From an uncultured Alphaproteobacteria bacterium (lineage in GTDB: Bacteria > Pseudomonadota > Alphaproteobacteria > Rhizobiales > Xanthobacteraceae), in NCBI GenBank assembly GCA_963717905.1, contig CAVQXM010000003.1, positions 41,790-105,789 on the forward strand: 64,000 bases of DNA, given 5' to 3'. Of the stretch, positions 1-12,170 are shown piece after piece (the stretch's first letter is position 1; every line of letters starts with the position of its first letter). The position numbers and the translations under genes are program-made. Below the pieces are notes generated by a model. That model was not told the DNA's origin. It did no database searches and was given only the letters and a program-made list of their open reading frames with translations.

Positions 1-1201
1 CGATACGATGCGCGCCAGTCGTGCGAATGAGATGCTCGACGACATGGATCATGGCGTCTTCAAACACGAGTTGCGTCGCTGCAGCCTTGTCGAGGCGGTC
101 CTGCGTATCGGGACGATGCGAGATATCCTCGACGCGCAATACAGCGTCGGGATTCCACAATTCGTCCGGGCGCAGCGGTTCACCGAGGATCGCCGTCAGC
201 CCGGGCTTGTAGGGATTGTCGAACGGGTCGCAGTACCAGTTACCCAGCGCGCGATTGAGGCGAATGGCGCCGCCCGGGCCGAGCGCAAGCACCTGCTTCA
301 ACCGGCTATAATAGGGGTTGGTGGCGCGATCGGTGTCGCCCCAGGCGGCGGCGCCCATGTAGCGCCCTTCGCTCGATAGCCAGGTCCAGCCGCCCTGGGT
401 CGATGAGATCACGCTGTAGAATGCGCCGAGCGAGTCAAACACACTGTCGTTGCAGGCGATCTGCTGCATCTGTCCGTGCTGGACGCGGTACAGCGAGATC
501 GAACCGCGGTCGCCGGTGCCATCCAGCACGCCGACGGCAACCGGTTCGGCGCTATCGTCGAACGGCGAGGCGGCGAAGGAGAACCAGGCGTGGTTGTCAT
601 GATGCGGCATGCAGATCAGCGGCACGCGGCCTTTTGCGCCGATCTGTTTGCCAAGGATCTTTGGCGTCCGCGTCATCTGCTCGAGACGGCGGCGGTCGAA
701 CCCTGCGACGTCGGGCGTCCGCAACAGGCGTAGGCCTTCAGGCGCTTCTTCGAGAACGGACCGGGCCAGCGTTCCGGCAAGCGCGGGATAGTCCCAGGTT
801 GTCAGCCAGGCGTCGATATCGTCCGCGCTGCGACCGAGCGCCTGCAGCGTCTTGAGCATCTCGTCGATCGAGAGGCGCGGGTATTCGGTGGTGTGCTTGT
901 TGCCCGAGAAGCGCTCTTCCTCGTTGTTGACGAGCAGGCGCGGGCCTTCGGCCTGGGTGACCTGTACGAGCGCCACGCCGGAGTTGTGGGTGCCCGGCGC
1001 GCCGAGGCCGGCCAGATAGACCGTTTCACCGCGCTGGAGCTTGGCGCGGATCCGCTGAAGCGCAGCCGTTGCGAAGGGTGAGGTGATCTGATGGAAGCCT
1101 GCCCGGGCCATCAACCATGCGCTGCTGCGCTGCGCGATGGTGAAGCCTGCTGCGCCGAGGCGCGGAAAGCGCGGGCCAATACGTGATGGGGTGTCGTTCA
1201 A
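1..1201 (-). CDS. Carbamoyltransferase, NodU/CmcH/TobZ family (3' end outside window)
   Basis: Translated by hand; absent from the ORF track. Motifs THNSGVAL, NNEEERFSGNKH, HHDNHA, LDGTGD, SLGAFY, EGRYMG. TTG start at 1201 with GAGG upstream. Confidence 0.88.
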   Translation of the reverse strand, partial: MNDTPSRIGPRFPRLGAAGFTIAQRSSAWLMARAGFHQITSPFATAALQRIRAKLQRGETVYLAGLGAPGTHNSGVALVQVTQAEGPRLLVNNEEERFSGNKHTTEYPRLSIDEMLKTLQALGRSADDIDAWLTTWDYPALAGTLARSVLEEAPEGLRLLRTPDVAGFDRRRLEQMTRTPKILGKQIGAKGRVPLICMPHHDNHAWFSFAASPFDDSAEPVAVGVLDGTGDRGSISLYRVQHGQMQQIACNDSVFDSLGAFYSVISSTQGGWTWLSSEGRYMGAAAWGDTDRATNPYYSRLKQVLALGPGGAIRLNRALGNWYCDPFDNPYKPGLTAILGEPLRPDELWNPDAVLRVEDISHRPDTQDRLDKAAATQLVFEDAMIHVVEHLIRTTGAHRI

Positions 1202-1279
1202 GTCAACTGCCTCGGTCGATCCGGATGCAGCCACCCTCATACATGATGCGCGCCGGGAATGCGCGTATCGCGGTGGCCG

Positions 1280-2638
1280 TCAGCCTGCGCCGAGACGGAC
1301 ACCCGCCCGGAGAAATTTCTGCGGATCGACAGCATCGCCGCCAATGCGGGTTTCATAATGCAGGTGCGGCCCCGTGGAGCGACCGGTTGACCCCAGCGCG
1401 CCGACCACCTGGCCATGCTTGACGGATTCACCGACGCGCACCTTGATCGCGGACAAATGACCGTAGCGTGTGGTCAGGCCATTGCCGTGGCTGATCTCAA
1501 CCAGACGGCCGTAGCCGCCGCGCCAACCGGCGTAGACGATGGTTCCGTTTGCGGTGGCGCGAACCGGGTCGCCGGTTGAGCCGCGAAAGTCGAGACCTGA
1601 ATGCATCGCGGCACGCCCCAGAAACGGGTCGCTGCGGACGCCAAAGCCCGATGAGAACTCGACCCGACCAACGACGGGCTTGCGGAGCGGAACGATGGAT
1701 ACGGCCCGGTTGAGCCGCTCGACCTGCGCCCGCGTCAGCGTGATTCGTTGCAGCTGGCGTTCGAAGGACGCGTTGACGCCGCTTGTCGCCTTGACGGGAA
1801 TGAACGGGCCGCCCATGCCGCCGCGCGGCGCTGATTTTTCGATCTGACCGACGTTCAGCCCGAGATCGGCGATGGCGCTGCGCATACGGCGCATCTTCGA
1901 TTCAAGCGTCTCCTCGAGATCGACCAGCGTTGCGATCTGGCGCGCTTCGACCTGATCAAGCGAACGCTGCAGGCTGCCGATGACCTTGTCCACGCCCTGC
2001 GTCTGGGGCGACGTCTGCATGCGCGCGGCCGAGGCGACAGTCGTGGTGCGGAACTCGAGGCGGGCCTCGCGATCAGGCGGCGCGACGAAGTGAATGGTGT
2101 CGCTGATCGGCGAAGGTTTCGGCGTCGGCGTCGACAGTGTTTCGTTGAAGCTGCGGCTGGGCGTGCGGATTGATCCGGTGACGGTCATATCCGGAATGGC
2201 GCTGAGGGCGGTCGCACGGGATTCAAGCGTCGATTGCCGCCGCATAACCTGGTCCAGCTTTTGATCGAACTGTTCCTGATTGAGGAGCTGACGGCTGGTG
2301 GTGCGATCGACCTGCGAGCGCAGCTCGGCGATCCGGTCTTCATAGGCATATTGCATCTCGACCTGACGCGCGATCAATCGCGTGAGAACGTCGTCGCGAA
2401 ATGCGAAATAGGTTGCGGTTGCGGCAGACCAGGCGCCCATCGCGGCGACGGAGCCGACGGCGATCCACACCAGCACCGGAGCGATGCGCAACTGCTTGCC
2501 TGCATGCACGATGGTGTAGCTGTTGCGTGCTGCGGCCTTCCGGGCGACAGCCTGTTCGTTGCGAGCGGCTCGCGACGTCCTGTGCTCATGCGCCTGGTAA
2601 GCGTTTGGATTTGAATTGGAACCAGATCGATAAGACAT
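1280..2638 (-). CDS. M23 family metallopeptidase with TM segment and coiled coil
   Basis: HSGLDF and STGPHLHYE motifs; start at MSYRSG assumed. Confidence 0.92.
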   Translation of the reverse strand: MSYRSGSNSNPNAYQAHEHRTSRAARNEQAVARKAAARNSYTIVHAGKQLRIAPVLVWIAVGSVAAMGAWSAATATYFAFRDDVLTRLIARQVEMQYAYEDRIAELRSQVDRTTSRQLLNQEQFDQKLDQVMRRQSTLESRATALSAIPDMTVTGSIRTPSRSFNETLSTPTPKPSPISDTIHFVAPPDREARLEFRTTTVASAARMQTSPQTQGVDKVIGSLQRSLDQVEARQIATLVDLEETLESKMRRMRSAIADLGLNVGQIEKSAPRGGMGGPFIPVKATSGVNASFERQLQRITLTRAQVERLNRAVSIVPLRKPVVGRVEFSSGFGVRSDPFLGRAAMHSGLDFRGSTGDPVRATANGTIVYAGWRGGYGRLVEISHGNGLTTRYGHLSAIKVRVGESVKHGQVVGALGSTGRSTGPHLHYETRIGGDAVDPQKFLRAGVRLGAG

Positions 2639-2733
2639 CAGCACTCCCGCGCCGGCAGGGAGCACTTCCCTGGTCAGCCTACTCACGGTGCTGATTTGAC
2701 CTGCACGTAGTTAATTTTTGGCGAATGCCGTCG

Positions 2734-3360
<627 letters not shown>

Positions 3361-3649
3361 GGAAGCGTTCCATCCGTCGCGCGAAAGTCGCGCCTTCCTT
3401 TAGTCGTTTTCGACATGTCTCTATTTTCGAACCGCTTTGAACAATTCGATTTGAGCGGATGTTCGGTGCATTTCCACCATTCGCGGAGTATGTTTGCAAT
3501 GGATTCGGAGCATTATGCCACGCCGGTGATTTTATACCGGATGGATTACCCATAGCGCGTAAGCCGAGAACTGGCGCCAGGACGCCGTCTTCAACGATGA
3601 ACTCCACAAACGTGGTCGCCGGTTTTCATAGAGTGACACCCGTGAAGAT

Positions 3650-6600
3650 ATGGCAAGCACTCCGCCATCCGACAGATCGAGCCAACGCGTGAATGACCGG
3701 CCATCGGATTGGGTTGATGACCCGTGGGAACGCGAACTTGGCCCCGAGATGCGCAAGCTGGGCGAGAAGCGGCGATCCGCTGCGTCCAGGCTGCCGGTGT
3801 CTTCGGCTGCGCCGAGCAGCGCCTGCGATGGCGTGTTTGCAGACGCCGACGAACCCGATGGCGTGAGCCGGGGCAGGCGCTGGTTCCAGCGGATTGCGCT
3901 GACGATTTCCAGCCTGATCATCTTCCTTGCTATCGGTTTTGTCGCCTTGTGGTGGCGACTCGGCGCTGGGCCGATTGATTTCAATCTGGCGACCCCGTGG
4001 CTGATCGCCGCCATTGAAAGCAATATCGGCGACGGCAAAACCGTTGAGGTTGGCGGAACGCAGATCGAACGGTCCGGTCCTTTCAGGATCGCGGTGCGCA
4101 TCCGCGACATCGTCGTGCTGGATCGCAACCATGCGGTGGTGGCGAGTGCGCCCAAGGCAGAGGTCAAACTCTCCGGCCTCGGGATGCTGCGCGGCGAGTT
4201 GCGCGCGGAGAGCCTCAATTTTGTCGATGCCGTCCTTTCGGTGCAGATCAAGCCTGACGGCACCGTCGTGATATCGACCGGCAGTAACGCCCGGCCGATA
4301 ACGACCGCGATCCCGCGTCGGGCGTCGTCGATTGCGGCCAATGCGCCGGACGCCTCCGCGACCCCGCCCGCGGTGTCCGGACCGCACGAGCCCGCCGAGC
4401 CAGGAAACGGTGTTGAAGGACGCAGCTGCGCCTGCGCCAGAGGGCGGGGCGGGCGGGCTGGCAAGCGCGTTTGATTGGCTCGACAGCCTCAGCCAGGCCG
4501 GACTGGACGGCGCTCATCTCAACGAGATCGGCCTGAAGAACGGCAACCTGATTGTCGACGATCAGCAGCGCGGCAACCGCTGGACGTTCGACAACATCAA
4601 TCTGAATTTGCGGCGTCCGCTCGGCGGCGGCATTGCGATGACCATCAGCGAGCAGGACGACACGCCGTGGTCGCTCGCGGTCTCGGTGAGCCCACCGACG
4701 CTTGGCGCGCGTACCTTCGAAATGAAGATGGACAACCTGCCGGTCAAGAACCTCTTTCTGGCGGCGCGCGCGAAGGATTTGACCTATTCGGCCGATCTGC
4801 CGATCAGCGGCGAGATCAAGGGCGAGGTCGCCAAGAACGGCGTGCCAAACTATCTCCGCGGCAAGCTGGTGACGGGCAAAGGCGCGATCATTGATGAGGA
4901 TACGCCGGACTATCCGATGCTGCTTGATCAGATGGAGGTCAACCTTGAGTGGGATCCCGGGCGGCAGGTGCTGCTCGCGCCATTCAAGGCGGTCTCGGGC
5001 GGCAATCGCGTGACGTTGCTGGCGCACATCGAATTTCCGCGCACCGGCAGCCCGAATTGGCAGCTTGGTCTGACCGGCGGCACCATCGTGCTCGGCGGCA
5101 ATGAAAAGCAGCCGCTGATTTTCAACAACATCGCGATCAAGGCGCGGGTTGAGCCCGAGCAGCGCCGGGTGGTGCTGACACAGGCCGATATCGGCAATGG
5201 CGAGATCGGCCTCGCAGGCACCGGCAGCATTGAGTACGCAGGCGAGCCGCGGCTGACCCTAGGCTTCGCTGGCACGCCGATGTCCGCCACAGCGCTGAAG
5301 CGGATGTGGCCGATCCTGATCGTGCCGGAAGTGCGTGAGTGGGTGCTGGAGCGCGTCGAACGCGGCCAGCTCACCAAGATCGACATTGGCGTCAATGCGC
5401 CGATCCGTAATCTGTCGCGGCGCGGCCCGCCAATCCCCGATGAAGGTCTGGCGGTCGACATTCGGGCCACAGGCGTCGGCCTGCGACCGGTCGATGGCAT
5501 TCCGTCGATCAAGGACGGCGAGCTGAGAGCCAGGGTTACCGGACGGTCGGCCACCGTCAGTCTCGGTCAGGCGTCGCTCGACACGCAGAACGGCCGCAAG
5601 ATCGCCTTGAGCGAAGCGCTGTTCGAAGTGCCCGATATGGTGCCGAAGCCGTCGCCCGCGCGTGTGCGGCTGCGCGTCGATGCCCAGGTGCCCGCTATCG
5701 CCGATTTCCTGGCGTCTGATCGGTTGAAGGAATTTGCCGGCGACCTGCTGGATGCGAGCACGACGAAGGGCAATGTCACCGCGCTGGTAACGATGGCGAT
5801 GCCGATCCAGCGCGAGCTGACCAAAGCCGACACCAAGTATACGATCAACGCCGACGTGACGGGCTTCTCCGCCGACAAGCTGGTGATGAACCAGAAGATC
5901 GAAAGCAATTCGATCAAGCTTGCGGCGAATAATCAGGGCTATCAGGTCAAGGGCGACGTCAGGATCAACGGCCAGGCGGCCAACGTCGATTATCGCAAGC
6001 CGAGCGAGGGCGATGCCGAGCTCAAACTGACCGCGACGATCGATGACGCCGGGCGCGCCAAACTCGGCGCAGATCTTGGCAGTGCTGTAACCGGGCCAAT
6101 CGGCGTCAAGGTCGCGGGGAAACTCGCCGGCGCTGACAGGGACAGCAAGTTTGCCATCGAAGCTGATTTGACGCCGGTCAAGCTCGACAACCTTTTGCCG
6201 GGTTGGGCCAAGCCTGCCGGCAAGGCCGCGCGGGCAACCTTCAATCTCACCCCCAAGGGCCAGCAGTATCGCATCGATGATCTCGTGGTTGAGGGCGGTG
6301 GCGCGTCGATCAAGGGCGCGCTTGAACTCGACGCGGATGGCGACCTCGTCAGCGTCAACCTGCCGACCTATTCGCCGAGCGAGGGAGACAAGACCTCCAT
6401 CAAGGCTGACCGCAACGCGGATGGCGTGCTCAAGGTCGTGATGCGGGGCGACGTATTCGACAGCCGTGGTTTCCTGAAATCCGCCTTGTCCGGACGCGAC
6501 AGCGCCGCCAAGAGCAAGAGCAAGGCCTTTGACTTCGATCTGGATCTCAAGCTTGGCGCGGTCGCAGGCTATTCCGGCGAGGCGATCCGCAGCGTCGATG

Positions 6601-7313
6601 TCAAGCTGACGCGACGCAACGGCACGATCAAGACCTTTACGCTGAACAGCAAGCTGGGGCGCGACACGCCGCTGACCGGCGAGATCCGCCGCGCAGGCCA
6701 GCAGGGGCAGGGCCGCGAGGTCATCCTGATTGAAACCAACGATGCCGGCTCGCTGTTCCGTTTCACCGACATCTACGCGAAAATGGTGGGTGGCCAGCTG
6801 TCGCTTGCGTTCGATCCGCCGTCAGCCGAGCCGAGGCCGAGCGAGGGTTTGCTGAACATTCGCAACTTCGCGATCAAGGGCGAGGCGAAGCTGGATGATG
6901 TGGCTCGCGTCGGCGGGACTGGCAACGGCGTCGCCTTCACGCGGCTGCGCGCCGAGTTCGTTCGCTTCAACGGCAAGCTGACTATTCGCGAAGGTGTCGT
7001 CAAAGGTCCGGCCATCGGCGCCACGATCGAGGGCCAGCTTGATTATCCTGCCAATCGGGTTCGGATGAACGGCACGATCATCCCGGCCTATGGGCTCAAC
7101 AACATGTTCGGGCAGATCCCGATCGTGGGGCTGTTCATGGGTGGCAGCAACGAGGGGCTGTTCGGGGTCACCTATGAAGTGGTCGGTTCGCCAGGGCAGC
7201 CCGATCTCCGCGTTAATCCCTTGTCGGCGATGGCGCCGGGCGTGCTGCGCAAGATCTTCGAGTTCGGCAACACCCCGGTTGGCAGACCGGGCAACAATGA
7301 TCTGCCGAACTAG
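3650..7313 (+). CDS. YhdP/AsmA-like envelope protein (DUF3971 type); frameshift near 4380
   Basis: ORF 3650..4474 (N-terminal TM) overlaps ORF 4332..7313 (beta-rich body, C-terminal VNPLSAMAPGVLRKIF). Confidence 0.8.
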
Positions 7314-7326
7314 GCGTGGCTGACGC

Positions 7327-8541
7327 CTAGCGGCGCAAGGCAGGCACGACGAGAAACGGGATCATGCCGATCACGACAGCGACAAATGAGAAAGCCAGGA
7401 CGGCGTTGTAGCCCTGCGTCCAGTCGTGCAGCAGGCCGCCGCACCACGAGCCGATCGCGGCGCCGAGACCGCTGCCAATCGTGATCGCGCCGTAGATCGT
7501 GCCAATATGTTTGCCGCGAAAGATCTTGATCGACGTTGCGGCGAGCAGCGGGCCGCGCGAGCCGATCATGCTGCCGAAGCAGCCGACGAAGACGATCAGC
7601 AAACCATAGGTCGGGTACCACTGCAGCAGCGTCAGCGCGCCGATTCCGAGCAGCGACATGGCGTAGCTCAGCAGCACCGAGGGTCTGCGGCCGATGATTC
7701 CGTCGAGCCAGCTGATGCCGAGCATACCGAACAGCAGAACGACGCCGCTAAACCCCCAGGCGGTCGCGGCCTCGAGCGGTTGAAAGCCAACGTCGATCAG
7801 ATAGACGACGACCTGGGGCGAAATGGCGAACATCCCGATGGCCGTGAAGCCATAGGTGCTGAACAGCGCCCAGAAGACGTGGTTCTTCAATGCCGTGCGC
7901 AGCGTCCAGCCGCTGTCCTCGGCGACGATGGGTCGGTTGCTCTCAAGCTTCGGATTGCCGGCTGCAAGGGTGCGCCAGGGCAGCAGCGCCAGCGGCAGGA
8001 TCAGCGCTATCGTCGCCCAGCCGAACAGGCCGTAGGAATCGCGCCAGCCGAATTTGTCGATCAGCACCTGCGACAGCGGCAGAAAGACCAGGACGCCTGC
8101 GCCCATGGCCGACGAGTTGACAGCCATCGCCGTCGGCAATTTCTCGCCGAACCAGCGCCCCAGCATGATCGAGTTCGGCACGGTGCCAATGCAGGCGATG
8201 CCCATGCCGACACAAAGGCCGAGGGTGAGGCGCAGTTGCCAGATATTCTCGACATGGCTTGCCGCAAGCAGCGCGCCGCCAAGCAAGGTCAGCCCAAGAA
8301 GGTAGAGTGTTCGCGGGCCGGCACGATCAAGAATGCGGCCGACAAAGGGTGCGGCGAGGCCGGTGCACAGCGCCGACAGGGAGTAGATCGAGATCACCGA
8401 TGCGCGGTCCCACCCCTGATCGGTCGAGATGGGCAGCAGAAAGACGGAAAAACTCTCCGACACGCCGCGGCCAATCACCGCAAACACGAAGGTCAGTCCG
8501 AGCACGCTCAGGCCGATAACTCGAAGCTTCTGCGGCTCCAT
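7327..8541 (-). CDS. MFS transporter
   Basis: About 12 hydrophobic segments; motif A-like GRILDRAGPR and LDGIIGRR. Confidence 0.9.
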   Translation of the reverse strand: MEPQKLRVIGLSVLGLTFVFAVIGRGVSESFSVFLLPISTDQGWDRASVISIYSLSALCTGLAAPFVGRILDRAGPRTLYLLGLTLLGGALLAASHVENIWQLRLTLGLCVGMGIACIGTVPNSIMLGRWFGEKLPTAMAVNSSAMGAGVLVFLPLSQVLIDKFGWRDSYGLFGWATIALILPLALLPWRTLAAGNPKLESNRPIVAEDSGWTLRTALKNHVFWALFSTYGFTAIGMFAISPQVVVYLIDVGFQPLEAATAWGFSGVVLLFGMLGISWLDGIIGRRPSVLLSYAMSLLGIGALTLLQWYPTYGLLIVFVGCFGSMIGSRGPLLAATSIKIFRGKHIGTIYGAITIGSGLGAAIGSWCGGLLHDWTQGYNAVLAFSFVAVVIGMIPFLVVPALRR

Positions 8542-8625
8542 GGTTTGATTCTACCCATCTTTGATCGATGGCGACCATGGAGCGCGCTTTTTGGCGATGT
8601 GTGCAGTAGCCTTGTGCGAATGCAG

Positions 8626-9879
8626 CTATGCAGGACGAACAAGGATGTGGCGCTTCTTGCCGGCTGAAAGCTTGATCACGCCTTCGCCTGACAAGTCAGC
8701 CTTGCTGATCGTCATCTTTTCATCCGTAACGACCTGGTCGTTGACACGGAGGCCGCCTGACTTGATCTGGCGACGGACTTCGCCGTTCGAGGTCATCAAC
8801 CCGGCTTTGACGAACAGGTTGACGACACTGATGCTGGCGGCGAGCTCGCCGTCGGCGATGTCCATCGTCGGCAGATTGGTGTCGACAGCGCCTTCCTCGA
8901 AGGTCCGGCGCGCGGTCTCGGCGGCAGCCTCTGCTGCTGCGCGTCCATGCAGCATGGCTGCAACTTCGGTCGCGAGGATCTTCTTGGCGTCGTTGATTTC
9001 CGACCCGCCAAGCGCTTCGAGACGGGCGATCTCATCCATCGGCAGCGTCGTGAACAGCTTCAGGAATTTGCCGACGTCGGCGTCTTCCGTGTTGCGCCAG
9101 TACTGCCAGAACTCATAGGGGCTCAAGCGGTCGGCGCTGAGCCACACCGCGCCCGAGGCTGTCTTGCCCATCTTTGCGCCTGACGCAGTGGTCAGGAGCG
9201 GCGAGGTCAGCGCGAACAGCGAGGCCTCATTGATGCGGCGACCGAGATCGATGCCGCTGACAATGTTGCCCCATTGATCCGAACCGCCCATCTGCAGCAC
9301 GCAGCCGTAGCGCTTGTTCAGCTCGACGAAATCGTAAGCCTGCAGGATCATGTAGTTGAATTCGAGGAACGACAGCGACTGTTCGCGATCAAGGCGCAGC
9401 TTCACCGAGTCGAAGCTCAACATGCGATTGACCGAGAAGTGTCGGCCCACATCGCGCAGGAAGGCGACGTAGTTGATATCGAGCAGCCAGTCGGCATTGT
9501 TGGCCATGATGGCGTCGCGCGGGCCGTCGCCGAACGTCAGGTATTTGTCGAAGCCCTGACGAATGCCCTGCAGGTTGCGGGCGATATCTTCAACGGTGAG
9601 CAGCTTGCGCGCCTCGTCCTTGAACGAGGGGTCGCCGATCATGCTGGTGCCGCCGCCCATCAATGCGATCGGGCGGTGACCGGTCTGCTGCATCCAGTGC
9701 AGCATCATGATCTGAGTGAGGTGGCCGACGTGCAGGCTGTCGGCCGTTGCATCAAAGCCGATATAGCCCGTGATCGGGCCTGCGGCGGCCTGAGCGTCGA
9801 GCGCTTCCGCATCAGAGATCTGATGTACAAAGCCACGGCTCTGCAGGACGTTGAGGAAATCCGACTTGAAGGCGGTCAT
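8626..9879 (-). CDS. tyrS: Tyrosine--tRNA ligase
   Basis: HVGH (HIGH motif), [16 protein letters not shown]-terminal S4-like domain. Confidence 0.97.
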   Translation of the reverse strand: MTAFKSDFLNVLQSRGFVHQISDAEALDAQAAAGPITGYIGFDATADSLHVGHLTQIMMLHWMQQTGHRPIALMGGGTSMIGDPSFKDEARKLLTVEDIARNLQGIRQGFDKYLTFGDGPRDAIMANNADWLLDINYVAFLRDVGRHFSVNRMLSFDSVKLRLDREQSLSFLEFNYMILQAYDFVELNKRYGCVLQMGGSDQWGNIVSGIDLGRRINEASLFALTSPLLTTASGAKMGKTASGAVWLSADRLSPYEFWQYWRNTEDADVGKFLKLFTTLPMDEIARLEALGGSEINDAKKILATEVAAMLHGRAAAEAAAETARRTFEEGAVDTNLPTMDIADGELAASISVVNLFVKAGLMTSNGEVRRQIKSGGLRVNDQVVTDEKMTISKADLSGEGVIKLSAGKKRHILVRPA

Positions 9880-10031
9880 AGGTATACGGCTCTGACAATC
9901 ATGATGTTTTTGAGGTGATTCAACGGCATGCGGAAAACGCGCGTCGACTAATGTCCGCTTAATCCACCCTGTGCCATTATAAGATGTAAGCGGTTGATAC
10001 AAGTTGCTCGTTCAGGTTGGTTCGCATTCCC

Positions 10032-11138
10032 ATGATGATGACAGCAATAGGCATGATGAGCGGGACGTCGCTCGACGGCGTGGACATTGCGCTCATCCAG
10101 ACTGATGGCAAGCGTGTGATGGGCCTCGGCCCGTCGGGCTATCGCCCCTATACGGCAGAGGAACGCGAGTTGCTGACACAGGCGCTCGCGGATGCAGCCG
10201 TCCTTGATGCACGCGATTCGCGCCCCGGCAGTCTTGGCGAGGCTGAGGAACTTGTGACCTGGGTGCATGCCGAGGCGTTGAAGCAATTCATGCGACAACA
10301 TAACCTGACGCGCGAGACTATCGATATTGTCGGCTTCCACGGTCAGACGGTCATCCATCGGCCGGACTGCGGGTTGACGGTTCAGATCGGCGACGGTGCG
10401 GCGCTATCGCGCGCGATCGGTGTGCCGGTGATGTATGATTTTCGCGCGGCTGACGTTGCCTCGGGCGGGCAGGGCGCGCCGCTGGTACCGGTCTATCATC
10501 GGGCGCTGGTTCAGTCGCACAGCTGGAACGGGCCAGTTGCAGTCGTCAACATCGGCGGGGTGGCCAATGTCACCTACATCGACGGCGCGGACGTGCTGAT
10601 CGCCTGCGACACGGGGCCTGGCAACGCTCTCATCGACGACTTCATGTTCCGCACCTTGGGTGAACGGTTCGATTTTGAAGGCCGCACGGCGGCGCTCGGG
10701 ACGCCTGACGAGGCCTGGATTGCCCAGGCGCTGCGTGAGCCATATTTCACCGCCAAGCCGCCAAAATCGCTCGACCGCAACAGCTTCTCTGCGCTTGCCA
10801 AGGCTGGGCTCGATGACGCCAATGGCGCGGCGACCCTGACGGCATTCACCGCCGCTTCCATTGCGGCGATTGTGCCGCTGCTGCCGAAGGCCCCGACCAA
10901 CTGGATCATCTCCGGCGGCGGGGCGCGCAACCTGACCCTGATGCGGATGTTGCGCGAGCGGCTGGCGCCGGCCTCGGTGCAAACCGCGCCGGAGTTTGGC
11001 TGGTCGTCGGATACGATGGAGGCGCAGGCGTTCGGCTATCTCGCGGCGCGCGGGCTGAAGGGGTTGCCGCTCAGCTATCCGGCGACAACCGGCGTGCCCA
11101 TCCCGATGAGCGGCGGCGTCCTGGCGACGCCGAACTAG
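10032..11138 (+). CDS. anmK: Anhydro-N-acetylmuramic acid kinase
   Basis: [30 protein letters not shown] motifs. Confidence 0.96.
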   Translation: MMMTAIGMMSGTSLDGVDIALIQTDGKRVMGLGPSGYRPYTAEERELLTQALADAAVLDARDSRPGSLGEAEELVTWVHAEALKQFMRQHNLTRETIDIVGFHGQTVIHRPDCGLTVQIGDGAALSRAIGVPVMYDFRAADVASGGQGAPLVPVYHRALVQSHSWNGPVAVVNIGGVANVTYIDGADVLIACDTGPGNALIDDFMFRTLGERFDFEGRTAALGTPDEAWIAQALREPYFTAKPPKSLDRNSFSALAKAGLDDANGAATLTAFTAASIAAIVPLLPKAPTNWIISGGGARNLTLMRMLRERLAPASVQTAPEFGWSSDTMEAQAFGYLAARGLKGLPLSYPATTGVPIPMSGGVLATPN

Positions 11139-11167
11139 ATCGCAGCAGGGTGGCGCACCTTGAAACA

Positions 11168-11199
11168 AAACAGGCGGCGCTGATCGCGGCCGCCTGTTT
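11168..11199. terminator. Bidirectional terminator-like hairpin
   Basis: AAACAGGCGGC...GCCGCCTGTTT between convergent genes. Confidence 0.65.
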
Positions 11200-11208
11200 G
11201 ATTGGTGT

Positions 11209-11856
11209 TTAGCGGACGTTGGCGAGCCGCATATCCAGATAGCTTGTGACCGACTCCATCAGCGGCTCAAGCTTGCCGTCGAAAAAGTGGTTGGCCCCTG
11301 GAATGATGTGCTGATCGATGACGATGCCCTTTTGCGTCTTCAGCTTTTCAACCAGCGTATTGACGTCCTTCGGCGGCACAACCGCATCCTTCTCGCCGTG
11401 CACGATCAGGCCCGATGAGGGGCAGGGCGCGAGGAACGAGAAGTCATAGAGGTTGGCTGGCGGGGCAATCGAGATGAAGCCTTCGACTTCCGGACGACGC
11501 ATCAGCAACTGCATTCCAATCCATGCGCCGAAGGAAAAACCCGCGACCCAGCAGGCGCGTGCTTCGGGATTGATCGACTGCGCCCAATCGAGCGCCGCCG
11601 CGGCGTCAGACAGTTCGCCGACGCCATGGTCGAACGAGCCCTGGCTCCGACCGACGCCACGAAAGTTGAAGCGCAGCACCGAGAAGCCGCGATGAACGAA
11701 TGCATAGTAGCACTGGTAGATGATCTGATGGTTCATCGTACCGGCGAATTGCGGGTGCGGATGCAGCACCATGGCGATGGGCGCGTTCTTCTGCTTCGCA
11801 GGATGGTAGCGGCCTTCGATGCGGCCGGCCGGACCGGTGAAGATGACTTCAGGCAT
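11209..11856 (-). CDS. Alpha/beta hydrolase, divergent from the suf cluster
   Basis: HPHP, GFSFG nucleophile elbow, GANHFF. Confidence 0.92.
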   Translation of the reverse strand: MPEVIFTGPAGRIEGRYHPAKQKNAPIAMVLHPHPQFAGTMNHQIIYQCYYAFVHRGFSVLRFNFRGVGRSQGSFDHGVGELSDAAAALDWAQSINPEARACWVAGFSFGAWIGMQLLMRRPEVEGFISIAPPANLYDFSFLAPCPSSGLIVHGEKDAVVPPKDVNTLVEKLKTQKGIVIDQHIIPGANHFFDGKLEPLMESVTSYLDMRLANVR

Positions 11857-12170
11857 GGAGAATCCTTGGCAAATCAACCGACTTCGAGCGCGGCTTCGCA
11901 GGGGGACGCCTGGTAACCACGCAACTCAGGGGCGATCGGCACCCGTCATGGACTAAGGTGCAAAAATGACTGTGCCGCGTTCTACCACGACGCGAGGGGG
12001 AAAAAGCAAGCAAATTGAACGATGAAGCCCATTTCCGGGGTTCTGATCGCGGTACCGCACGCCATTGCAAAACCGCGCCGTTCCCCCTAGCTTGACGCCA
12101 AGGGTTGTGCCGATGTTACACCCACGACGGTGCGAGCAACTCGCTCGCCAGCGATAAGGCGCTGAATTCG

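Noticed and set aside
9948-9962. CtrA-like CTAA-N7-TTAA between tyrS and anmK
   Set aside because: One imperfect match is too weak to call.
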